Positions 23,460 to 38,600 are shown, numbered from the stretch's first letter. The stretch: 64,000 nt of DNA from Selaginella moellendorffii (GCF_000143415.4 NW_003314279.1:1698479-1762478); one strand, 5' to 3'. Translations and numbers: made by a program. The notes: a model not told the origin generated them from the sequence alone.

Positions 23460-23810
23460 GGGTAAATTATTTAATTTGAGTCAATTATTAATTAGAAAAA
23501 ATCATAATAAACTCAACAAATCAAATCTGTTGTCTATATGTACATGAATTATGAACAAATTTATTACATTGGCCACAAGTTGGCTCAAATTATTTAATTT
23601 AGCCTTACATTAATTAATTTAGAAAATATTATATATTAATATGTTAATTTTAATATTTTATTTAAGATTAAATTTATTAATTTGAGCCAATTTGTGGCCA
23701 ATGTAATGAACTTGGCCATAATTCATGTACTTGTAGACAATCCATTTGATTATGTTGAATTTATCATGTTTTATTTAATTAATAAGTTAACTCAATTATT
23801 TCATTTACCC
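23460..23810. mobile_element. AT-rich foldback / MITE-like element with long terminal inverted repeats
   Basis: Ends GGGTAAAT...ATTTACCC flanked by TA on both sides. Arms are complementary over about 160 bp (e.g. TTACATTGGCCACAAGTTGGCTCAAATT vs AATTTGAGCCAATTTGTGGCCAATGTAA). Confidence 0.8.
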
Positions 23811-23958
23811 TAAATTAAATAATTTTCCCTAATTATCAATTTAAAAAAATATTTGAAATATAATGGGATTCTGATCCACCTCTTCTTCTATATAACCTAG
23901 GGTTTTGAACTAATATAAATATACATATTATACATAGGAGATGAAAGGCAATATAAGA

Positions 23959-24764
23959 NNNNNNNNNNNNNNNNNNNNNNNNNNNNNNNNNNNNNNNNNN
24001 NNNNNNNNNNNNNNNNNNNNNNNNNNNNNNNNNNNNNNNNNNNNNNNNNNNNNNNNNNNNNNNNNNNNNNNNNNNNNNNNNNNNNNNNNNNNNNNNNNNN
24101 NNNNNNNNNNNNNNNNNNNNNNNNNNNNNNNNNNNNNNNNNNNNNNNNNNNNNNNNNNNNNNNNNNNNNNNNNNNNNNNNNNNNNNNNNNNNNNNNNNNN
24201 NNNNNNNNNNNNNNNNNNNNNNNNNNNNNNNNNNNNNNNNNNNNNNNNNNNNNNNNNNNNNNNNNNNNNNNNNNNNNNNNNNNNNNNNNNNNNNNNNNNN
24301 NNNNNNNNNNNNNNNNNNNNNNNNNNNNNNNNNNNNNNNNNNNNNNNNNNNNNNNNNNNNNNNNNNNNNNNNNNNNNNNNNNNNNNNNNNNNNNNNNNNN
24401 NNNNNNNNNNNNNNNNNNNNNNNNNNNNNNNNNNNNNNNNNNNNNNNNNNNNNNNNNNNNNNNNNNNNNNNNNNNNNNNNNNNNNNNNNNNNNNNNNNNN
24501 NNNNNNNNNNNNNNNNNNNNNNNNNNNNNNNNNNNNNNNNNNNNNNNNNNNNNNNNNNNNNNNNNNNNNNNNNNNNNNNNNNNNNNNNNNNNNNNNNNNN
24601 NNNNNNNNNNNNNNNNNNNNNNNNNNNNNNNNNNNNNNNNNNNNNNNNNNNNNNNNNNNNNNNNNNNNNNNNNNNNNNNNNNNNNNNNNNNNNNNNNNNN
24701 NNNNNNNNNNNNNNNNNNNNNNNNNNNNNNNNNNNNNNNNNNNNNNNNNNNNNNNNNNNNNNNN
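23959..24764. other. Assembly gap (806 N)
   Basis: N run. Confidence 1.
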
Positions 24765-24769
24765 TTTTT

Positions 24770-26215
24770 TATAATAAGAGGTCTATCCTTTTTTGTGTTT
24801 CCTGATATGAATTTAAATTTATCTTGTATTGCTCTGTTTGTTACTATATATTATTATCTACATATGCATCATATGGTAAAGTTAGTCTTCATTCTCTATA
24901 GCAACAATTATATGTATATGTGTAGCATAAGATAAATTTAATTGTGTGATCATGAATTTGAGTTTAAATTATTATGGATAGTGTTAAGTCAAAATTTTAT
25001 TATATGATTGTTTGATTTGAATAATACTTTTGCAACTTTCCAGTGGATAATAGATAAGTTTCTCTACAATATACTAGAAATGATTACTAACATTATTGTT
25101 CATGCTTTAATCCATGTATGTTTATAATATCCAAAAGGTTTTAAATTAATTATATCAAATTGATTTGAAACTAAAGTATTCTAATTTCTTGTTTATATCC
25201 CAAGATTTATCTTGGGTATTGCATTTCTCACAAAAACATACAAGTTGATCCTGAAAAATTTATAATTATTTTAAATTTTGATAGTAGAATCAATTCTAGT
25301 TTCCCATTTATTTGTGTTGATAGTGTTTGATTTAATAAGGTTTTTTTGTGGTTGAATACTGCTAATCCAACTATTTAACCCATTAATAGAAGTTTTATTT
25401 GCAATTTTTGTTAGATATTTTTTGTCAAATGGTGTTCCAAAGACAATGGATCAAATAATGATTCCACACATATGGTTGAAGTATTTTATATTTTAATATC
25501 TCAATTAGGGATACACCCACGTTATTGATTAATAAATAATATTTTTAATGAAATAATTCATTATGAGCTTCAAAGGGATGATTTCAAAGTATATATAATT
25601 TTAATATACAAAATTGTGATGCTTATTTATTATCTTTCTAGCTCACATATATTATAGGGGTGTAAGTTTTGTTGATATTTCATTATAAAAACTCATATAT
25701 AGTCATAATTTTATATTACTAATGTAGTTAGTTTATATTTACGATAGTTGATAATGTTAGGTTTTGGGATTAGTATTTAACAAGCATTTTTCCATAGGTC
25801 CAAGTAAAATTTTTTAAACACTTAAACATATAAATTTATACTTCCCAATCTTATAGTGCATAGTTTGTTTAAAAGGTTTTCTGCCCAATAGAAGGGATTA
25901 TCAAGTATTATTGCAAGTTGAATTATGTTTATAAGATTTAACATGACATTTAAGAAATCAATCTTTTAGAAATTATATATATGTAACAATTAAACCACTT
26001 TACAAAAGGATCATGAATAACTTATACTATCTATGGATGCACTAGTGCCTCCTCTTGATATTTTTTTAGCATTGACTATCATTCTAAAAGGAGTTATATT
26101 ATTGTATATTATTAATAATGTAGTGAAACTTTAATAGATACTGGATTGGATTCAATTTAAACCACTTGCTACTCTAAAACAATTAGCTAAATAATTTAAT
26201 TATATTTTCCCACAC
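24770..26215 (+). mobile_element. Extremely decayed, internally deleted copy of the 7865 gypsy family (protease, RT end, integrase, possible 3' LTR)
   Basis: Segments align by eye to about 9320-9620, 10450-10640 and 11800-12500 with heavy AT bias. Confidence 0.6.
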
Positions 26216-27084
26216 GATTGCAAAACTAAAATTTCAAATCCCCAACTGTAGTGTGGCAATAGAGAGATTGCATTAGATCTCTTCTCTGCAGTAAAGTGCT
26301 AAGGATTAGTTAAATAAAAATTTAGAATAAACCAATATCTTATGTTAAGGTGGGTTCCATACATCCTTCACTTGGAAATTTCTCCACCATGGAAAAAAAA
26401 CTCCCCCCTTTTAAAATTTTAAGGTTACATGTAACTCTGTTTTACTAATATAAATGTATGATTAAAAAATGAAAACATGGCAAGGTGAAGTTTCCAATTC
26501 AATTTTATACCATAATTTTTCAAAAATATATTAATAAACTAGCAAAGAATCCAGCTCTTCTGGCCTATAAAAATAAATTTGTAATGATGTCTTACTAAGA
26601 TAGAAACATTGTTCAAAAATAATCTTGTAAATCTTTTTAAAGTACATAAATAACATATGAAATAAATTACATGTTGATTTTCATGATCTGCTCAAAATCT
26701 TCATTTGGTAAAATAAAAAATAATAATGAAGTTTTTATAAGTGAAATTTAATAATAAATCTATGTCCAAATAAACTAAATTGCTGACTTTTAAAATTAAC
26801 TCAGAGATATTTATATCACTTTTTAGTAAAAATAAATCAATATATACAAAATATTATATATACAGCTTAACAAACTCCCATGTATACTTTAAAAATTAAA
26901 GATGTGCATATTCATAAAAGTCTAGATAATTATATTAGTTTCTTATAAACATTATTATCTGGTTATTATAAACATTTAAAAGCTTGAATTTAATTAGTTT
27001 AACTTCACATAAAATATTTTGAAGTAATATCTGTTTTCAAACTCTTGAACTTTTAAATTTGACTTGTTAAAGTCAATTTCCTAA

Positions 27085-30000
27085 GTGTCTCCAACACCTT
27101 GCATTGCACATATTGCACAATTCCACTTCCCATCTTTGGAAGTTCTCTATTTTGAGGGCACCATCATCTTCTTTCCCATTTTGTATGACTTTTGGCCCCA
27201 AGTTCCAGTTATCCTAAGGTTGTTCACGTCCCTATCATTTGGCTACTTTACCGCTCCCTGCCTTTGGAGCTTCCACTTTCGCCAAATTGGAGCAATTGGG
27301 AATCCATCCATCGAAACACATATTGCCTTTCCCATAATTTGTTAGCACCCAACACATTAGTGTTCTTGGCCTAACTTTGCGTTTTGGATTCTTTCCCATG
27401 ATTCCTATAGCTCTTTTCTTAGCCACTAGTTTTTTGCTCCTATCCTTGATTGTTGCACCCAATAATATCGGATCGTTACCTCCATTCTTGAGGTATCCTT
27501 TTGGTTCCATAGCAAAGACTTTACTTTGCTAAGTTTAGAGGGTGTTTACCCCTAATATGTCTCTTTATCATTTTTTTTGCTATGGCTTTATTCATAACCT
27601 AATTTAGTGACCCTCCCATAGGTCTTTTATAGAGACTACTTTCTTCGGACTCACTATGCCATCGTATGGACATAGCTTATTTCCCTTAGGTGTTTTTCCC
27701 ACTTGGTCATCTTGACCAAGCGCTACCCTCATAAATAGTTCAAATTAACACTTTGAACCAGGAACTTCATTCCTTAGCCAACCAAGGACCTTGTCCTTAT
27801 TTAGTCAGAAGATCACCTAGTGATCTCACCTTGGCACCTTAACAAAGTTGCCAAAAGGTATTTGGTTTTCTAGATCTTCAAGTTGTTGACCATGACCCCG
27901 GGGGCATCCCCCACACTTGGCGGTGCACCCAAGCCAGCCCTTATGGCCAAGGGTCCATAGCAACTGAGACTAGGTGTCCCCATCTCATTCACCACGCCCT
28001 TGGTGCCACTCACACCAAGGTGTTCAAGTTAGATATGCCGAGCCCAACTAAGCAATCTAACCGTGCATCACGACTCTGAGGCATCCCTCGCTTGGCGGTG
28101 TGCCCAAACCAGTCTCCTCACTAAGAGTCCATGACCACCGAAAAATGAGTGTCCTCATATTCCAAACCATCACCACGCTTTAGTGATTTGGGACTCGAAC
28201 CCAAGCACTAGAGGGTCGGGACTCGAACCCAACCTCCGTATATATATATACAGATGGCATTGCATAGTATGCCTGGTGTGACTCCCTACGTTGGTGCACC
28301 ACTATAGATCACAGCTTAGGAACCTAATTCCTTCGCACTACCAAGTCCTCTCACTTGACAAGTCTATGATCATGCATGGACTCCTCCATGCTTGGCCCAA
28401 TGGGCCACCCTTTTTGAAGTTAGCACCTTCAACTAGGGGATTTGTCCCTCTGACTTGCCAATCTCGCTTCGCAAGTCATCCGGCCACCGTAACATGTAAG
28501 CATGAAAATCCTTAACCATCGACTTTCGTTCAAAGCCCTCTCTTTGAACATTCGGGAACTACTTTCCCAACCTTGATAGCCTCGCCTCATGACCAGCTTC
28601 AAGACCATGCTTCTGCTGTGCCACTCTGATTTCGCGCGCTCTAGGAACCATTTACGCTTGGCTTTCTAGGTACTTACCTACCTAGAATTGTCTTTGGGAA
28701 CCTTCAAGGAACTTTGTTCCTTAGCTTGCTAAGGCTTCTCCTTTGTAAGCTCTCTACTCACCATATGATCTAACATGGACGATTCCACATTTTAGACTTT
28801 CTATGGTATTGCGCTTGCTAGTAATAACATCCTCGAGCACCCTCTTGATTCTCCACTCTCATCTTGTATAACCACCATTGGTTATACCCTTCAATTTCTA
28901 TGGTTCAATTCCATCCCAATACTACTTGCCTTTTGGCCTCATATGTTTCCTTTAGTTATTCTTCTCCAGACTAGGAGGATAGCTTTGCACATTCTACCAT
29001 GCCTTAGCAAGTATTTATAGGGATGAACCTACCCAATAGCTTAGGGAGTGGTTCCTCAACTCACCTTATAATCCCACACATCGGGGTTACCGTTGTTACT
29101 TATGGGCCTCCATATACCCATCACTAGCCTTGCCAAAATCTCATTTTTGACTTTGTCCAAATCAGGTAGACAGATTCCTCCCGTCTCCACAACCTTAGAC
29201 GTTTGGATGGCACTTCTTATCCATCATTTGCTAGGGATTTAGTCCTTTAGGCCTTATCTAATGCCCTTGCGACATCAAACACCACTTCCTGGTGTTTTAA
29301 AATGTTTGGGTGTCCCAATGATGGTCTTCTTTGGCAATGAGCATTCCCTTTACGACATTAACTTATTATATCGCAACATAAACAGCTTCTCCCCCATAAG
29401 GGTATATTTAACTTCCTTATCCCAATAAGAAGTCTTAGGTAGCTACCTTCTACCAGTTTAACCAATTATTTTGCACTTTTTGCTTAGTTGCCTCATAGTT
29501 GTCAAGTCCTACAACTCATTGCTTGGTGCTTCCACATCTCCATCATTATCTGGGTCACTACACTCCAATCGCATGCCTTCCAGCTTAGGCCATGCCATTC
29601 CCATTTCCATTAGGATTCCTCTAGGAAGGGGTTCTTATAAACCCACCAACTTGACCTCAACGCAACATGCCTTGGCACATTCGGTGTCTCCACACCCTCG
29701 GCTCTACAAAACTACCTTTACAACACTCCCCATTTGTGTCAAGGTCTTTTCCAAGACCAAAGCAGTCATTTTTTATGCCAATTATCAATTAGCACTGCAC
29801 CATAGTGTTCACATACAACTTTATGCCAAAATTGTTTTCTTTTTGGGGAACACCTTTCCCACAACTTTAGCATGGCACATTTTGCCATTGATGAGATACC
29901 CTTTTGTTCTCATACTTGGATCCTATGATCCCTCCCCATCCTTCATGGGGTACAACACATCTCAGTCCAAATGCTTCCATCAATCCTTTAGGATTATTTC

Positions 30001-32264
30001 TTGATTCTATTTAAGTCATCCAGCTTTTTGGACTTTGTCATCCGACAACCCATGAAATCCTACCTTTGAGGTGCCAACTCACTGGAATATAGCTTCTTGA
30101 ATTCATGTCCTGCTCACAAGGACCATCTTTGCAAGTGTTACTCCGACACCTGATTTTTTCTCTTGGGGCAACCTTTTGCCCCTTAGGACCACTTGTCCAT
30201 GTGATGAGAATACCAACTCATCCTCTAAGTACACCCCCAACTCCTTGGGTTGTTCTAGCATTTATTAGAGGTAGCCCCGGCTACCATTTCAAGGACTTGT
30301 GTCCTTTTCTGTATTTGACCTCTCATAGTCATCAATTCAGGTCTCAAAGTTATGAGCACCAGTTTCAACTATATGAGGGTAATTTTGTGACTCCTTTATT
30401 GTTTTGGAGTCTTTATCTTCCCCGTGATCCCAACTATAGTTGTTTACCACAACTACCTTAGCCAGTTTGCTAAATCAAATACTCATCTGGATCACATCCT
30501 CAACTCTCTAAGGAAACCCTTATATTGTTCCCAAGATCCCAAAGTTGTTCTATTATTAGCCCTTTTTAATCAACCATCTCACCTATAAGTTCACACATGA
30601 ACTATAGTGGAGAGCCATGTCTTTCCGACTTGCTACTCCTCACATATAGGCCCACTCCTAGGACCTTCTGATGCTAACACCAATGGTGATATACTTGAGC
30701 ATCAATAACAGTCGAACTAAGGAACAGCTTCGATACTAAGTTGTAAGCGACTAAATTTTCTATTTTACTTTAGTCATTTAACCACACCTCCGACCACTTG
30801 GAGGAGTCTCACTCACAACCTCCATAGGTCTTATTTTGGGCTTAGGGACTTATTAGCCCCCAAGAATGGCATCCATGCCATTCAACCATTGCACTTGGTC
30901 CAAGTGCCCCACGTGTCCGATCCCATGATTGACACCCCAAGGTACCACTGACATATCAACCCGTTATGCTAAGGCCATGCCTATTCACCTTGGTCACATC
31001 GGTGGTCTGACACCACCTACATTACAGTCCTATCTCTCAAAGATTGTGTCATCCGTCCATGAGTGATCATCCCAAATCCACTCCTTAGCATCCTTAGGAT
31101 GCCCACAGACATAGGGAATAGCCTTCCCCAACATCCTTTTTCTGGTCTCCACTAAGTCCCTTTCCCCCCATGGCCGTGTTTGCCAACATTGCCACTGGAT
31201 CGAGGCCCACAGGCCCAACCACTAAGTCCCATGGTCCTCTAGGACTTCCTCACCACCTGATTGTATCCTTGGTCACTACACCAGAGGACTACTCCTCTTC
31301 CTTTCCATAGTCTGGGCCTTTGGGACAACATTTCGGAACACCATGGCCCTATGCGGGCCTCATGGGTACTCTCCCCACCTTCTGCCTTTGGGTGCTCTAG
31401 CCATGGGCTTAGAGCGAGGTTCCATTGAGCCACGCTAGGTATCCAAGTAGGTAGTGCCACCCATACTTGGACTGGGAGCATCAGCCAGTCGATCTCCCGG
31501 GGGAACTAAAGCCGGCTCTTGAACACTTCACCAAGCTACCCCGCTTGTTGGTCCGTGTTCACTCTAGTGTTGGACTTCCCAGTGGGCAGCTTATCACCCA
31601 ACACTAGGTACAGCCTTCCTGGGTTAAACTGGCCTTTCCTGGCCAAACTGGCTCCACTGCAGTCCTCCCCCTTACTATACTTTTAGAGCTCACTAAACCC
31701 CCCAGGGTCTGGGAGACGAACGCTTTGGGCTTTCACCCTCTCAGACTCGGACTCAGACTCGGACTCGGACTCAGACTCGGTCTCGGTCTCGGTCTCGGTC
31801 CCGGCCCCGGTCCCGGTCTTGGTCTTGGTCCCGATCTCTGTCTCGGTCTCGGTCTCGGTCCCGGTCTCGGTCTCGGTCTTGACTTCGGACTCCGTCTCGG
31901 GTCCTTCTCGGACTCCATCTTGGATTCCATCTCGGGTCCATCTCGGACTCCATCTCGGGTCCATCTCAGACTCCATCTCGGGTCCATCTCAAACTCCATC
32001 TCGGACTCCACCTCCGACTCCATCTCGGACACTTCCATGTGTCATGTTTTGGTCCTCTTGTGTCCCCTTTTCTAGAGACTCACTCATGGCTCACCTCGTG
32101 CTTGTTCCTCGAGCACTTCATTGGGAGTTCCACTCCCACTCTCAACCTTTTCAAGTCAGAGTTTTTAGTCCAAATGTGTTACACTCGTTTGGCTTTCGCT
32201 TCGGCCACTACCGTGTGGCACCCTTTTGGCTCCACTTTGGGGCCTAAGGATTTTGTGTCTCATA
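27085..32264 (-). mobile_element. Repeat family A copy 2 (left boundary uncertain)
   Basis: 29200-32264 is co-linear with 1-3882. 27085-29200 is similar-looking non-coding decayed sequence whose membership cannot be proved within the window. Confidence 0.6.
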
Positions 32265-33911
32265 TGGCAATTAGAGAAGCTAGCAATTCCATCTTTAAGA
32301 GAAAGAGGGTAATCCATGAGTTGCATTCCATTGCTTTCAAGAACAATATTAGTAAAGATCATTACATGTCTAGGGTGGAAGCTATGGAGTACATGTTGAG
32401 CTATGCCCAAGTAGAAAAAGAGGATGCATGACATTAAGGATGCAAAAGTAGATCCTATGAAGCTTTTGAAACTTTAGATTTGTTTAAATAGAGAACAAAA
32501 GAATTCACCTATCTATACAAAATAGAAGCACTTACAAAGAACATAAGCAATTGGAGTTTATGTAAATGCTGCATGGAGGCATTTGCATAGTAGCTACATA
32601 TGGATGTCAACATACTTAAATATGGATCAAACTCCAAATTTTATGTATTTTTGCTCTCAACTAATGTGAATAAACAACCTTACTCCTCAATAGTGTTCAC
32701 CTTTGTATAAAACAGGGGTGTATTTCCATATTTAGAGCCTACACATCGCTTTATTAAGTAGTACATCTATATATTTGTTCTACAGATAAAATTGAGATGT
32801 AAAATGAAAACTGAATCTAGTGGTGCTCATAATATTAATTCATGCTTATAAACAAAATAAATTACCCCATTAAAATTACCTTTTCTTCTTCTTCTTTTTA
32901 GTATTGTAGCCTATATGCTATGCATGCTTGTCTAGTCATTTGCAAACTTGATGATGTGTGTAGCAGCCAGAAGTAAAAGCCACAATCACATAGTCAACTT
33001 GCAAGAGTTTATAAACGAAAAATACTTTTAAAACTATAGGGAAAACCATTACATTTTGGCAATACTCATTTGTTTATTGCATTATTCTAGATTCTCAAGA
33101 ACTACCTATATTGTCAAGCCTTGTGTGAAAGGGATGGAGTGTGTTCCTATACTTGATGCTAATCACATATACTTTCAACAACCTTGAGTGTAAAAAGCAT
33201 CTCTTCCTTGTAAAGCTCTCTTGCCTGATAAGTAAAGATATATCATCAAGTTCTCTATAAAGTGTAAACACTACATTGCCATAAATAATAATCATTTATA
33301 TCAATGCTTGGTTCACACTTGTATTTCTCTAGGTCCTATAACAAGTTCACCTAGGTAAACAAAGGTTATATGAGTTAATAGGACTGTAATCTTGATTTTG
33401 TGTCTAAATGAAAAGCTCCTGGACCTTTCCAAATGAGCTATATAATCATTTATCAAGATGTTGAAAGTTTCCTAGTTCAGAATGTAAAAAGCCTCTTATA
33501 TCTAGTTCTTAGCATCTTTTATATTCAAGTTTTTCTTATAAACATCAATCAAAAGATTGTAATAGCCATGATTTATCTGGAAAGTCATGCTTTACATCAC
33601 CCACAACACAAATAATTATAAAAAAGAAAGATTCATAAAAGTTGCAATGGAAGAACACTACAACCTATGTAACAAGAGACTAGACTTATGCATTTATGTA
33701 ACAAGAACGTTAATGTAACCTTTAGGTAGGTGTCCAAATAGCTAAGGCATCTTCTTTCAATATAGAACTTGTGCCAGAAAACCTGTTGCTATCTATACAA
33801 GAAAGATCAAAGTTCAAGAGAAGAGAAGAAAAATAAGAGAAAAGAAGAAGAGAAAAAACAAAAAAAGAAAAGCAAGGTGTTTATACATAAGTGGATGTTC
33901 TCTAAGTAGCT

Positions 33912-35324
33912 GTCTGGATTCGGAACCACCACATGCCGATCGAACCGACCAGGACGGACAAGCGCCTTGTCGAGAGATTCGGGGAAGTTCGTAGCCGCGA
34001 TCACTATGATGCCTTCGTTTTGCTTGAAACCGTCCAGCTCCACCAACAGCTGGTTCAGTGCGCTTCTTCGCAGCTGCGAATAAGTCCCGCACTCGCCAAG
34101 CACCAACTCCGACGAACATTTCCTCGAACTCGCTCCCGCTGCAATAGAAAAACGGTACCACTGCTTCACCAGCAATTGCCAGAGCCAGCATCTCTTTCCT
34201 GTTCCAGGAGGCCCAACCAGAAGGACGCCTTTCGGTAGCTTGCCACCTAGACGGGTAAATTTCTGCAAAGAAGCAACCGAGACTGGAGTTACAAACCGGA
34301 GAAACACGAAAGAAAAATAGATAAAGCAATGACCTTTGGATCCCAAAGATGGTGAACAATCTCCTCCAACTCCGCTTTGGCTTCGTCGACTCTTTTCACG
34401 TCACTGAACTTGGTATTAGACTCCAAGCTTGGCTGTACCTCCTCATTGAGACCCAGCCCTGCCAGGAACCAGGGGCGTGAGTAAGACCTCCTTTCCTATA
34501 CAGACAAGGATGCCAGTTCAACACGTAGGCAAGACCTTAAAACAAACGCATCCATGCATTGCAAGCCATGCTCTACGATGCTTACCTTTGCTGAGGCCCT
34601 TGTCCTTGACAATGGCCCCAACGCCAGAGAGAAGTAGAAAGCCCAGAGCCAAGGTTCGAACAGTCCGCCACACTTGAACTCTAAAACCTCCTTCGGACGT
34701 GACCATGTGGATTGGCGCACTGGGAGAGCCCAAAATTCCGTCTTTCGTGGCTGTTCCTACTGCCGGAAACGCCGAAGACATGATCGGTCGCGCCTCAGCT
34801 TGAAAACTTCCTAGCGATGCAGTTGCTCCTACACGGTTTAAAAGAAAATAGGAGGATCAGATCCGATAAAGAAAGAGTTACAGCGTTTACCTCTTTGCAG
34901 CGTTTTCAACAAGGCACTGTCATCGAGCCTATCGACCTTGACGAGAGCTTTGAGATACTCGGCCAAAGCACTGGCGCTGCGCTGCGGAAGTGGTCTACCC
35001 TCGGGATCCACCTCGTTAAGATCTCTTAGAAACTTCACTTGTTTCTCCTGAGCATCGGGCCCTCCTTCTCTCTCCAGCTGCTCCAGCCTTCTCGAGAAAT
35101 TGCTTGTGTAGCTGGACATGCAGCGTCTCTTGAAATTCAAGCATCATTAGCAACGGGAAGAGGACGAGGGAAATCGGATAGAAAAATACCTGCATCCAGC
35201 TGCTTCAACACAATCGCGCGTCCCAGCCCATATCGAAATCCGCGGGCAATCAGCGCGGGCGCAGCCCTAATGGGAGAGAGGAAAGAGAGCGCCATACCTT
35301 CTCCAGCAACTGACGCCATGCCAT
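33912..35324 (-). pseudogene. FTSH4: FtsH4-like mitochondrial AAA metalloprotease pseudogene
   Basis: Start MAWRQLLEK|, [37 protein letters not shown]|[23 protein letters not shown]. Frameshift near 34195; Walker B region deleted near 34059; ends at VVPNPD with no protease domain. Confidence 0.88.
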
Positions 35325-35680
35325 GCCGCCCGAGCTCCCAAAATCGATCCTTCACGCGCTAGGGCGCCCTGGCAGCCACCGCCTAGAAGTCCCCAAACCA
35401 TCAAGAACACGAGAATACCCAGAGGGTTTCAACCCCTCCTCCTCGCTCCTCCGCGTTTCAATTTCGTAGCATATTCTCCCGCGTGAGACAGAATATTCTA
35501 AAAGTACACATTCAAAAAAAAAAAAAAAACCCAGCCTTTTGGCTGGTTATATAATTCAAAGAAAACTGTACATTCTCTTCATTGTAAAAAATGTTGTGAT
35601 GCCCCTGGAGCTATCGTTATGGGGGCAGCACCGAGTTTCTTCGTTCTTTAGAATTTCTCCCACGAAAACCAATTGATCGA

Positions 35681-38600
35681 TCATCGGTTCTGGAAGTTGA
35701 AAACTTTGATGCAGATGGCGAAGCACACCGCGAAGACGACGACGAGGCCGACGTGAACTCCGGCCACGACGCCCAAGAAGTCGTGCCTGAACCCAAAGTT
35801 GGACCTCAAGAAGCGCTCCACGGTCGTCTCTTCGCCGTCGGCCCGGAACAACGGCGTGGTGACATCTCCAAGCTGAGACGTGAAGAGGCCGTAGAGAGAC
35901 CACGCCGGTGGCGACGCCCAGTAGTACCACCTCCACCACACTGGAATCGCCTGAGAGACAAACCAAAGTGTTAGGGAATCGCAAAAGAAATGTGTGGAAT
36001 TCATGAACTTACCGGTCGAGGGATGATGAAGCCAGAGAACAGGTTCCAGATTCCGAAGAATGCCGAGGATACGATGGTTGCAATCTGGTCGTTGGGTGAC
36101 AGCGCCACCGTCACCATGCCGTAGAGCGTGAAGTAGAGGAACGTCATGTACAAGAAGAAGAGGAACCACAAGAACTTGGCTGCTGTCCATTCCAGCTGCA
36201 TCGTCGCGTACACAATGAGTCCATACGCGAAGGCTTGCACGAACACGTAGGGAATCTCGATCAGGACCTGGACGCACGGAGTTTTCCTTGATGAGTCAAA
36301 CGAAATCTGAAGAGTCGGATGTATGCCTTACCTGAGCAAAAGCATATGGAAGGGGAGAGTACATTCCAGCGGCTCTTTCTCGATAGTAGACCGTTCGCTC
36401 GATAGCAACGACTGGCTGCACTCCTGACAAATTGCTGAACCCAATGAAGAGCACAGCAGCGTATATAGATCCCATCAGATTAAAGAGGTCTTGTTCTCGT
36501 GATCTGCTCACGAGAGAAAGGCAGGAGTCAGAACCAACGCTCGATTGAACTACACAACGTTTACCTTTTCGAGCCGATGTCCCAAAACATTGTGCCAAAT
36601 ATTATCGCGACAACCAAGGTGAAGAACATGCGAACCAGAACGTAGTATGGATTTTTCCAGTATGACTGATGTTGTTTCCACAAGCATCCCATGACCTGTC
36701 CGAGGAACGACAGAGGGTATTGCGTTGGAAACCATATGTCCTCCGTGCCGGGAACCGGAGTGCTCAGCTGAGTAATAATAGCTTCATTGTGCCTAGACAC
36801 ACCAGTGGTTTAGCCAAGAAAGAGATAATGGTCAAGTGTGCTTACTGGTAGACTGGAGAAGTTTTATAGATGTCCGCAAAATCTACTCCTAGACGATTCT
36901 CCACGTCTGCAGCGGTAACCTCTAACATCCATGTAGCTGGATTGTATCCTTCTCTTATGTTAGGAACACCGCTGATACCCTGGGGAAATTAATCCATATA
37001 AATCATCTCAAGTCTGCAAGAACAAAGCAAGCGACTTACCTGGAAGTATTCAACAAGTTTGTGCGAGTTCTTTCCCAAGGAACCTGCGTAGATAACGCGC
37101 CCTCCGCGTTTCATCAACAGAAGCTGGAGAAAGCAGGCAGGTTTTCAAGAGAGTTTGCAAGGTAATAATCCCGTACCTCATCGAAGGCCTCAAAAATGTC
37201 AATGCTAGGCTGATGAATGGTGCAGACGACAGTGCGACCGGTGTCGACAGTGTTCCGGACCGTTCTCATGACAATTGCTGCCGCTCGTGCATCCAGTCCG
37301 GAAGTTGGCTCGTCCATGAAAATAATTGAAGGATTTGCAACGAGCTCCACGGCAATTGTCAGTCGTTTCCGCTGCTCGGTCGAAAGTCCATCAACTCCAG
37401 GGAGACCAACCAACGCATCCCGGAGAGGGTTAAGCTCTACAAGCTCCATAACTTCTTCCACAAACATCTGTTCCAAAACTCACCTTAGCAAACTTGACTA
37501 CGAAAAACATCTCTCTCCTTACCTTTTTCGTCCCCTTATCAATGTCATTCGATAGTCGGAGCCAAGCAGAATAAACCAGTGACTCGTACACTGTAACGTT
37601 GGGTGAATGAATGTCAGTTTGTTCGCAATAACCCGAAATCCTAGCAAAAGTAGCCTGGTTTTTGGGATAGCCGGAGATGCGAATGTCGCCTTCAATGTAG
37701 CCACCAGTTTTACGCCCGGCTAAAACATCCATGAGAGTTGTCTTTCCAGCACCGCTTACACCGACAAGAGCCGTGAGGACTCCAGGCCTGAAGCTACTGC
37801 TTACGTCGTGCAGCAACTGTAATCTATTTTCTGTCACGCCTTGTTGCTTCATTTCCTGTTACAAGTGCATTAGAACTCAATATCCTACAAAGGAAATGCG
37901 TAAAAGCATACCGCGGGCATGTCAACGTAATAGTTAACATGATTGAATGACATTGCTAAAGCTTGAAACGGGAGTATCATTCCCCTTTTAGAATCGGCAC
38001 CCATTCGACCAGACGTAAGCTCCAAATCTCCTGGCATTCGATGTTAGACCATATAATGAAATTTGTGATGGCACCATTACCTGCATTAGAAGATCTGCCC
38101 GATCGCTTTGATTTTGCACGCACTGATCTTTCTGAGACTTCGCCGGTACGGTTCACGTTCTGCTCTTCTAGTATTTCCTCAGACACTACGGCCTGCGGTT
38201 TTCCAGGAGCTGTTTAAATAGAAAAAATGAGTACCTACATGGAGAAAAGAAATAGATTTCTACGTACCGCTGAAGTAAGCGAGTGCCAAAGTGAAAACAA
38301 CGTTGAAGAAAATGGCATAAGCCAACTGAGCACCAGTTCCAAGCCAATACCAGTTTTTATTGGGGAACAGGCCTCGAGACTCTAGAACTTGGTTGCCAAC
38401 GGTGGTGGTCTGATTGGCATTTTCGAGAATCTGCCATCTTGATGCACTGAACTCGTTCACGGCAAGCGCATTCTGTGCGTACATCATGGGCGACGACCAA
38501 TATCCCCAAATCCACCAAGGTTCAATGTCCTCTGGAAATTAAAGACCATTATAAGTTGTGCTACCTGAGTATAGTCAATGGATTACCTCTAGAAAGAAGA

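Noticed and set aside
23941-24774. 277-aa ORF
   Set aside because: Almost entirely an N gap.
32270-33620. Possible decayed DNA-transposase remnants
   Set aside because: Too degenerate to support a family call.
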